Positions 54,747-61,348 of a stretch of DNA of 64,000 bases are shown here, one piece after another. Made by a program: the position numbers and the translations under genes. The notes under the pieces are model-generated. The model saw only the letters and a program-made list of their open reading frames with translations, had not been told where the DNA came from and did not search any database. This DNA is from a virus, in the IMG/VR virus record IMGVR_UViG_3300036823_000383, positions 1-64,000 of that record; one strand, 5' to 3'. Position 1 is the stretch's first letter, and each line of letters begins with the position of its first letter.

Positions 54747-55742
54747 TCAGGGATCCTGCGGGATTGTTGTTTTGACGTTCGTCGTCGTAGGCAGCGGGTT
54801 CGGGTCCGTCGGCAGGTTCGTGTCCGGGTTCACGGAGCTGATATTCGCCGTCCGCCACGTCGCGAAGGTGCGCGGATCGTACTTCGAGTAGACGCGCGTC
54901 GTCGCGAGCCGCACGCCGTAGACGTAATACTGCTGGTAGAACGGCGTCCGCCCAGCGAGACGGAAGCGGGAGCGGATCTGCACGCCGTCGATGTCGCTCA
55001 CGCGAATCCCGAGCACGTCGTCGAACCAGATCTGGTCAAATAGAAGGTCGCTGCAGTTCTCGAGGATCCTCATCCCCTCGGCGCGCCGTCGCATATCGGA
55101 GTCTTGCCGCGAGGTGATGACGAGGAGAGACCACTGCTCCTTGTACGCGAGGCGCCCACGCGCGACGCGCGCGGTGCCGCGGTTCATCGTGCTCATCGTC
55201 AGGCCGTCGGCTGACTCGCTGCCCTCCCACACGAGCACGAGCGCCGGCGTCGCGCCGATGGCGGACGAGAACAGCTCGAGGTCCAGATTCGGCGCTCCTA
55301 CCGATTCGTAAATCGCGGCGTACTGGACGAGGTCCTCGCCGAAGATCGGCACGTCGGTGCCGCCGGCGAGGGGGTTCGCGACCGTGACGAAGAGCGGGTT
55401 CGCGATCTGGTCGAGCCCATCGGGAACCGCACCGTCGAGCCACTGCAGCTTCGTGCCCGCGGGCAGGTTCTGCTTCACGCCGCCGCACAGCGACTCGACG
55501 TCGATCGTCTGGGAGCCGGTCACCTGCCAGCTCCCGTCGGCGTTCGCTGGATTCGGGAGCACGCGATAGATGAGGTCCGGACGGATCGAGCCGTTGATTA
55601 CGGCCGCGAGCCACATGTTCCGGCCGATCGCTACGGGCGCGGTCAGCGGCGGATTGAACGACGCCTTGCCGCCCGCGCGTGTCCCGCACAGGCGACCGAC
55701 GATGCCGATCAGGCCCCGCGCCTGATCAAGGGTTGTTGCCAC
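54747..55742 (-). CDS. Putative tail terminator/neck protein
   Basis: Position between morphogenesis gene and sheath; TPALVL.WEG. Confidence 0.6.
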   Translation of the reverse strand: MATTLDQARGLIGIVGRLCGTRAGGKASFNPPLTAPVAIGRNMWLAAVINGSIRPDLIYRVLPNPANADGSWQVTGSQTIDVESLCGGVKQNLPAGTKLQWLDGAVPDGLDQIANPLFVTVANPLAGGTDVPIFGEDLVQYAAIYESVGAPNLDLELFSSAIGATPALVLVWEGSESADGLTMSTMNRGTARVARGRLAYKEQWSLLVITSRQDSDMRRRAEGMRILENCSDLLFDQIWFDDVLGIRVSDIDGVQIRSRFRLAGRTPFYQQYYVYGVRLATTRVYSKYDPRTFATWRTANISSVNPDTNLPTDPNPLPTTTNVKTTIPQDP

Positions 55743-55863
55743 GCTTCTCCGTCTGCCGGACCGCGACGACGGGGCGCTTCGGTCCCTGCGAGACGGCCAG
55801 CTTCTTCGGCTTCGGAACGGCCTTCACCACGCTCGGCCCGTCGCGCTTCTCGGTGAGTCGCAT
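55726..55863 (-). CDS. 45-aa basic peptide absent from the ORF track
   Basis: MRLTEKRDG...RGNNP; late motif 6 nt upstream. Confidence 0.5.
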   Translation of the reverse strand: MRLTEKRDGPSVVKAVPKPKKLAVSQGPKRPVVAVRQTEKRGNNP

Positions 55864-55896
55864 AACGCGTCCCTACACCGCGGGACCGACATCGAG

Positions 55897-56313
55897 CTAC
55901 CCGATGACCTCTCGCAGGAAGAGGTCCACGATCTCGTCGCTCGCGCCGTCGATGTCGATGTCGAGGAAGTCGCGCACCGGCATGATGCCCTTGCTCGAGT
56001 GCCCGCTCTTCTCGGGCGGCAGGTGATAGACGCCGTACGGCACGTCCGTGAACGCCGTCGCCCAGTCCTCGCCGTAGTCGGGCTGGATGCTGCCCGCGAG
56101 CACGCCCGTGTCGTTGAGGGTCTTCCCGCCCTCGAGGAGTGCCCGGAGGCTCGGCTTCCACTGCCCGCGGCCCTCCGAATAGAACTCGTAGTCGACGGCG
56201 TCGACGAGTACCTGAGCCGCCGACGGCATGAGCGCGCGCACGTTGCCGCCGCGGGCAATCCACTCGTCGAGGACGCCGTCGAGTTCGCTGGTGTCGAAGC
56301 CGACCTTCACCAT
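55897..56313 (-). CDS. Virion morphogenesis protein (Mu gpG-like)
   Basis: F.SEG..W.P, L.DTG.L..SI, T.VPY..YH, MP.R.FL. Confidence 0.85.
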   Translation of the reverse strand: MVKVGFDTSELDGVLDEWIARGGNVRALMPSAAQVLVDAVDYEFYSEGRGQWKPSLRALLEGGKTLNDTGVLAGSIQPDYGEDWATAFTDVPYGVYHLPPEKSGHSSKGIMPVRDFLDIDIDGASDEIVDLFLREVIG

Positions 56314-56813
56314 CAGAAGCCGCCGCGCGGGCTCCGGCTCCGTCCCGACGGTGCGAAGACGAACGGCTTCTCGCCCGAGCGCAACGACGGCCGGATGAGT
56401 CCACCCGTCTGCTTGTTCTGCTGGCCGCTCGGCGTTGCCAGCCCGCCCTTCGACATCTTGTCGATATCGGTCTTCGCTGCCGTGTAGCGCGCCCAGTAGC
56501 GGCCCTTGCCGTCCTCGGCGATGAACTCGCCCTTCGTCTCGGACGCGAGCTCACAGGCTATCCACGCCATCTTCGCGCGCAGGCTGACGTCGGGGCCGTG
56601 GGCGCCTGGCGTGCCGACCATCGCCGTCACCTGGTCGAGCGTGAATGCGCGAAGAAGCAGCGCGAGCGCTTCGCCCTCGGCCTCGGCGAGGATCTCGTCG
56701 ATGACGCTTTGCTCGGCTCTTCCGTCTCCGTCCCGATCGAAGATCTGGTCGACGCGCGCCGCGGTGATGCGGCTGTCGAGATCGGCCCGGGAAAGGAACT
56801 GGGGCGTCGCCAT
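56313..56813 (-). CDS. Head-tail adaptor (Mu gp36/DUF1320-like)
   Basis: DL..R..D.DGDG..I..AE.E..L, IA, RY..A..G. Confidence 0.75.
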   Translation of the reverse strand: MATPQFLSRADLDSRITAARVDQIFDRDGDGRAEQSVIDEILAEAEGEALALLLRAFTLDQVTAMVGTPGAHGPDVSLRAKMAWIACELASETKGEFIAEDGKGRYWARYTAAKTDIDKMSKGGLATPSGQQNKQTGGLIRPSLRSGEKPFVFAPSGRSRSPRGGF

Positions 56814-56851
56814 GGGACGCCCCTACCGCGCGACGATGACCCGGGTGAAGG

Positions 56852-57298
56852 TCAGTCGACGACGTGCGTCTCGGCGACGACGTGGCCCTGCCGCTCGAGC
56901 TCGGCGAGCTCGCTCTGGCTGAAGCCCGTCACCGGGTTGCCCGGCGTCATCACGGTCTCGCCGTGTCGGAGAACACACTGCGCGATGTGGCGCCCCGTGT
57001 GCCGGCGCTCCTTCGGAGGCGGGAGCGGAGCGAGCTGGCTCATCCCCTCGTCGTCGTCGCCTTCGTCGCCCTCGTCGCTGTCCGCGCCGGAACCGTCGTC
57101 ATCGGAGTCCGCGTCGTCGGGGGTGGAGTCGTCATCCGACGTCCCGTCGGGGGCGTCGGCCTCGTTGCCCGTTGCGTCGGCGGTGTCCGTCTCGGCTTCG
57201 GCGCCGGTGACCGGAGCGCCGCTCGCGCCCTCCACCGTGCCCGTGGCGGTTGCGGTTTCGCTCGTCGTCTTTGCGTTCTTGGCGCGTCGTCGTCCCAT
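56852..57298 (-). CDS. Acidic-linker protein after the capsid gene
   Basis: Asp-rich linker, short C-terminal domain, late motif upstream. Confidence 0.7.
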   Translation of the reverse strand: MGRRRAKNAKTTSETATATGTVEGASGAPVTGAEAETDTADATGNEADAPDGTSDDDSTPDDADSDDDGSGADSDEGDEGDDDEGMSQLAPLPPPKERRHTGRHIAQCVLRHGETVMTPGNPVTGFSQSELAELERQGHVVAETHVVD

Positions 57299-57388
57299 GG
57301 CTGCGCCCCTACCACGCGACTTCCGTCCCCCAAAGGCAGAGGCCGACGTCCCGTCGGGGGCGTCGGCCTCGTTGCCCGTTGCGTCGGC
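57136..57388. repeat. 46-bp exact direct repeat (57136-57181, 57343-57388)
   Basis: CCGACGTCCCGTCGGGGGCGTCGGCCTCGTTGCCCGTTGCGTCGGC twice. Confidence 0.9.
57332..57376 (-). terminator. Terminator-like hairpin after the major capsid gene
   Basis: Minus strand GAGGCCGACGCCCC-CGAC-GGGACGTCGGCCTC followed by TGCCTTT. Confidence 0.65.
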
Positions 57389-58480
57389 TCAGACGTACGC
57401 GCCGGTCGCGATGACGCCGGCGATCGTCGACGTGATCACGCCGATTTCGCCCATCGACGCGACGACCATCGTGCCGCCGTAAGGCCCGCGGTTCTCGACG
57501 CGGAACTCCCGCGTCTCGAAGCCGGTGCCGTTCGGCCCGCGCCGACGGAAGGTGTAGGAAGTGGCGACTTCCTCGCCGTCGACCGGCACGCTCTGGTCGG
57601 GAACCACGATGCCCGACACGACGCCCTTCGGGAAGATGAAGTCGAGGCCACCGGTGGTCTCGTTCTTCACCTTGCCGGCGACCACGCGGATCGTTCCGAC
57701 ACCGGGGATGTCGAAGTCGATCTTCTGCTTACTCGCCTTGTTGAGCTGCTGAATCGCCCCACCGAGGATCGCATCGCCGTTGAACTGGCGATAGTGGTCC
57801 TTCACCTTGGGGTGCCGGACGAAGGCGTTCGCGAGCTGCCGGTTCATCGCGTAGAACGCGATCTCCTGAGCGCTCTGTTCGCCCATCGTCTGGATGTCGA
57901 GGATCGGGTCTGACGCCGTACCTCCGTTCCAGTTCTGCCCGGCGCCGATCACGTAGCGGTTCGCCGCTGCGAGGTTCGCTGCCGTGACGAGAAGGCCGCC
58001 CGTGCCGAGAATGTCGATCTCGCGATCGAGCATCAGCGCCTTGCTGCAGCGCTTACCGGCCGCGACGCGCGGCTTGTAGTTCGGGTTCGTCGCGTTCGCC
58101 TCGGTCTGGTCCGGGATGAACGAGCCGATGAACCGGTCGATGACCTTGTAGGTCGTCAGGCTCGAGCTCGGATCCACCTCGGGGACCATGCCCTGAGCGG
58201 AACCCTTCACGTCGACGCGACGATAGGTGTCGTCCGACGAGAAGGTTCGGAACTTGTCCTGGTCCTTGTCGACCAGCATGATCGGGCTCACGTCGTCGGC
58301 GCGCATGTCCGCGTTCCGATAGCCGGCGAGGTACGTCGGCAGCTCGGTGGGATCGTGCACGTCCGAGGGGAGCAGTGACAGCTTCACGCTGCCGTAGCCC
58401 TGGGACGCAAAGAAGCGCTGGGCGGCTTCGGTGACTGCCTCGACCGAGTTGCCCGAGGCGCGGAATTCTCCGGGTTTCAT
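57389..58480 (-). CDS. Major capsid protein
   Basis: 363 aa after protease and cement genes; AD...P...V, L.RE, W..T.SDP..DI. Confidence 0.85.
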   Translation of the reverse strand: MKPGEFRASGNSVEAVTEAAQRFFASQGYGSVKLSLLPSDVHDPTELPTYLAGYRNADMRADDVSPIMLVDKDQDKFRTFSSDDTYRRVDVKGSAQGMVPEVDPSSSLTTYKVIDRFIGSFIPDQTEANATNPNYKPRVAAGKRCSKALMLDREIDILGTGGLLVTAANLAAANRYVIGAGQNWNGGTASDPILDIQTMGEQSAQEIAFYAMNRQLANAFVRHPKVKDHYRQFNGDAILGGAIQQLNKASKQKIDFDIPGVGTIRVVAGKVKNETTGGLDFIFPKGVVSGIVVPDQSVPVDGEEVATSYTFRRRGPNGTGFETREFRVENRGPYGGTMVVASMGEIGVITSTIAGVIATGAYV

Positions 58481-58508
58481 GATTGGCTCCTGTACTTCCT
58501 GCTCTGGG

Positions 58509-58898
58509 TCAGACCGAGGTGGTGATGCCGACTCCGAGGGTGACCTCGAAGAGATCGCTGAGGACGGCCGAGCGCTCGGCCATGCCGATGACGCTGACCT
58601 TGTCCGCGGTGGCCGCGACGATCTTGCCCGTCGCGTCCGGGCCGACGCGCTGGCCACGCGTGATGGTGCCGCCCGCGAGGGCGATGAACGTTCCGACCAC
58701 GCCGATGTCGCCGTAGTCGTTGACGGCGATGTCGGAGCGCGCGATGCCGTAGACGAGGTCGGTCGTTGCCGCCGTCGGCACGACGCAGTCGTCGGTGGCC
58801 GTGTCGAGCTTGACCGGCGTCCCTTTCGGGATGATGGAACCCGAAGAGTTCTTCTTGCTCTTCGAGAGAATGGGCAGTTCGCGGGGCTGAAAGGACAT
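58509..58898 (-). CDS. Capsid cement/decoration protein (DUF2190-like)
   Basis: GIA..G...AGG.IT.G..V.PDA.GK.V...IG.A...A. Confidence 0.82.
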   Translation of the reverse strand: MSFQPRELPILSKSKKNSSGSIIPKGTPVKLDTATDDCVVPTAATTDLVYGIARSDIAVNDYGDIGVVGTFIALAGGTITRGQRVGPDATGKIVAATADKVSVIGMAERSAVLSDLFEVTLGVGITTSV

Positions 58899-58951
58899 GG
58901 TGGTCTCCTTGGTTGCTGCTCTTGGCTGCTACGTGGCCTCTGGCGGCTTCC

Positions 58952-60805
58952 TCAGCGGACCGCGCTCAGGTTGACGAACTTGCCCGTGCGCTTCGCCTCG
59001 CAGGCGGCGATGAACACGGTGTCGTAGTCCATGTTCTCCGCGCCCTTCACGGTGGCGCGGAAAGCGTTCACCGAACGCTCGGTGTCGTTGGCGCCGGGGT
59101 ACATCGACAGATCGACGACGTCCGTGCGCGTGGTCGGCGCAGTGCGCGGCGCGGTCGCGATCGTCCGTCCGCCGCCGGCGGGCGTCTTCGCGCCGGCACC
59201 GGTCGAGGTCCGGAGGACCGGGTTCTCGAGACCCTCGTTCCCCTCGCCGGGCGCGGGGTACTTCTCGAGGAACGCCTTGCGACCCTTCGTCGCGTGGAAG
59301 AGCTGAAGCACTTCCTTCTGCGACTCGTCGCCGCCGAAGTACGTGCGGCACGCGGCCGCGACGTCGGTCGTCTGCTCTTCCTCGGTGCGGGCCGAGTTGA
59401 TGTCCTGAAGGCTCTTCAGCTCGGGCATCACCTGCTCGAGCGTCGCGGCCGCCGCCATCGTGTCCGAGATGCGCTGCACGGCCGCATCGGGATTCTCGAC
59501 GCCGCCGGCCTTGAAGAGCGCCATCAGCTGGTCGGTCAGCGACGCCGCACTCGCCTCGAGCTTCCGCTTGTCGGCCTTGTCGGCCACGAGCTTCGCGCTC
59601 ACGAGCGCCTTGATCGCATCGAGCAGGGCGACCCGCTGCGCCGCGACCTTCGCGATGCCCGCCGCGCGATCGGCGAGGCGCTCGTCGCTGATGTCCGGAT
59701 CCAGCCCGAGCGCCGACACGAAGGCCGTGCGGATCGAGAGGAGAGACATGACGGAGTTGCCGATGGCGTCGTCGGTCTCTTTGACGCCGAGCTTCGAGGC
59801 GAGGAGTTTGCTGAGGGACATGGTGGATCTCTCCTGAGGGTTCCTGGATGCAGTGGCTGCGGCGGGCGCCGCTGCGGCGTCGCCAGGATCGGTTTCGGTT
59901 TCGGTGGCGCTGTCGTCGGTGACGGCGCCCGGGGTGAACAGCAGGAGCGCCTGCGCCATCACGTCGAAAGCGAGCGTGAGGGCGGGCAGTCCGAGGATCG
60001 TGCGGATGCCGCCGATGATGTCGTCGACGTCGATGCCGGTCATGTCGGCACCGGTCGCGAGCAGCGAAGCGAGCGTCTCGAGCTGACCGCGGATTTCTTC
60101 CGCCGTCGCCGTGACGGGCAGGCCGAGGCAGCGGCGGATGCTCGACTGCGCCTCTTCGGGCGTTCCAGCCGAGTAGTAGTAGTCGAGCCGGACGCGCTCC
60201 TGCGTCGGAGCATCCTTCGCCGCGGCGAGGTCAGTCATGCCCTCGATGAAGGGCTGATTGGTGAGCGCCACCGACGTGAGCAGCGGACCGATCGGCTTCG
60301 CCGTCTTGCCGTCGATCGCGTTCAGCGCGACGGCGACGGAAGCGGACTTGTACTGCCCGTTCTTGACGTAGCTCTTCGCGGGCTCGAGCCAGCGGGTGAG
60401 GGCCCAGAGCTCGGCGCCGCTCGTGCCGGTACGGGTCTCGAGATCGAGCACCCAGCCCTGCGCGGGCGCGCCCGTCGCCGGGATCGTGCCGCTCGTCGCC
60501 TCGTACTCGGAGGCGTGGTGGAAGTCCCACGGGATGACGTCCGAGGTGCCCTTGCCGTCCGAACCGGCGAGGAACCAGGGGTGCGCGTGGAAGTTCGCGA
60601 CGATGGCGTCGAACGTCTCCTTCGTCAGCTTGAAGGGGAGTTCGCCGCCGCCGTAGCCCTTGTAGTCGCCCTCGAGAGCGACCTGCTGCCACTTCGGTCC
60701 GTCGCCCACGGCGTCTGCGGAGAGCAGGAACGCGAGGCGCACCGTCCTCGTCGTCTCGCGAGCGAGACGGAGGTGTTGCGGCGTGGAGCGACGACGGAGT
60801 GCCAC
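58952..60805 (-). CDS. Prohead protease-scaffold (Mu gpI-like)
   Basis: D.HH, APAQGW, W...A...G.YK..S, L.SVALTN.PF; helical scaffold C-terminus with an internal ATG (59821) and AGGAG RBS. Confidence 0.88.
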   Translation of the reverse strand: MALRRRSTPQHLRLARETTRTVRLAFLLSADAVGDGPKWQQVALEGDYKGYGGGELPFKLTKETFDAIVANFHAHPWFLAGSDGKGTSDVIPWDFHHASEYEATSGTIPATGAPAQGWVLDLETRTGTSGAELWALTRWLEPAKSYVKNGQYKSASVAVALNAIDGKTAKPIGPLLTSVALTNQPFIEGMTDLAAAKDAPTQERVRLDYYYSAGTPEEAQSSIRRCLGLPVTATAEEIRGQLETLASLLATGADMTGIDVDDIIGGIRTILGLPALTLAFDVMAQALLLFTPGAVTDDSATETETDPGDAAAAPAAATASRNPQERSTMSLSKLLASKLGVKETDDAIGNSVMSLLSIRTAFVSALGLDPDISDERLADRAAGIAKVAAQRVALLDAIKALVSAKLVADKADKRKLEASAASLTDQLMALFKAGGVENPDAAVQRISDTMAAAATLEQVMPELKSLQDINSARTEEEQTTDVAAACRTYFGGDESQKEVLQLFHATKGRKAFLEKYPAPGEGNEGLENPVLRTSTGAGAKTPAGGGRTIATAPRTAPTTRTDVVDLSMYPGANDTERSVNAFRATVKGAENMDYDTVFIAACEAKRTGKFVNLSAVR

Positions 60806-60807
60806 GT

Positions 60808-61245
60808 TTAGCCGCGATCCTCTCGAGAAACCTGGTCGAGCAGGACGTAGTAGACGTGGATCCTGCACTGGCCGGCGGTGAGGGTGCTGAGATTCACGTT
60901 CGACGTGAACGAGGCTCGCGGCGTCTTGCCGCCGGCGAACTGCGGGCAGCCGTCTGCCGCGCCGTTGCCGACGCGGTTGATGGTTCCGAGGTTGTTTGCA
61001 CCACCGACCATCAGCGTGGTCGTGGCGCCGCTGAAGCCAAGGTCGACCTTCAACGTGCCGCTGGCGCCGTCGGTGAAGGCGGTCGTCGCGTTCGCATCGA
61101 CGCCGACGATCGATGCATCCGCGGGCAGCGCCGACGCGAAGTCGAGGAACTTCGTCATAGCCGCGGCGGTGATGTCCCCGAACGCGACGTCGAACGCTTG
61201 CTTTCGGATGCGGGCGTTGAACGCCTTGAGTTCTCGATCGAGCAT
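60808..61245 (-). CDS. Putative head decoration/structural protein
   Basis: Beta-sandwich-like LP..A.I...TAF...L.V.G...LTAG..I.V.Y; GGAG RBS. Confidence 0.65.
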   Translation of the reverse strand: MLDRELKAFNARIRKQAFDVAFGDITAAAMTKFLDFASALPADASIVGVDANATTAFTDGASGTLKVDLGFSGATTTLMVGGANNLGTINRVGNGAADGCPQFAGGKTPRASFTSNVNLSTLTAGQCRIHVYYVLLDQVSREDRG

Positions 61246-61348
61246 CGGGTTTCTTCTCCAGCGGTTGAGGTGCCAGCCCTCGACGTTCGCGGCCCTACTC
61301 CGCGGTCTGCGCCGCGTGTCAAGGACGTCTCGGCGCGATGGCCGACGC

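Larger units (their letters stand above)
31657..61303 (-). promoter_or_regulatory. Dispersed late-gene motif CGGWGTAGGG (at least 10 copies)
   Basis: Plus-strand CCCTAC ending at 31663, 35664, 38336, 44337, 51140, 54485, 55876, 56826, 57312, 61298, all just upstream of minus-strand starts. Confidence 0.75.

Noticed and set aside
54526-54747. Frameshifted gene MVAGARFIRPYTP joined to 54516-54704
   Set aside because: Better explained by a TATACT -10 with a leaderless GTG start; no slippery heptamer
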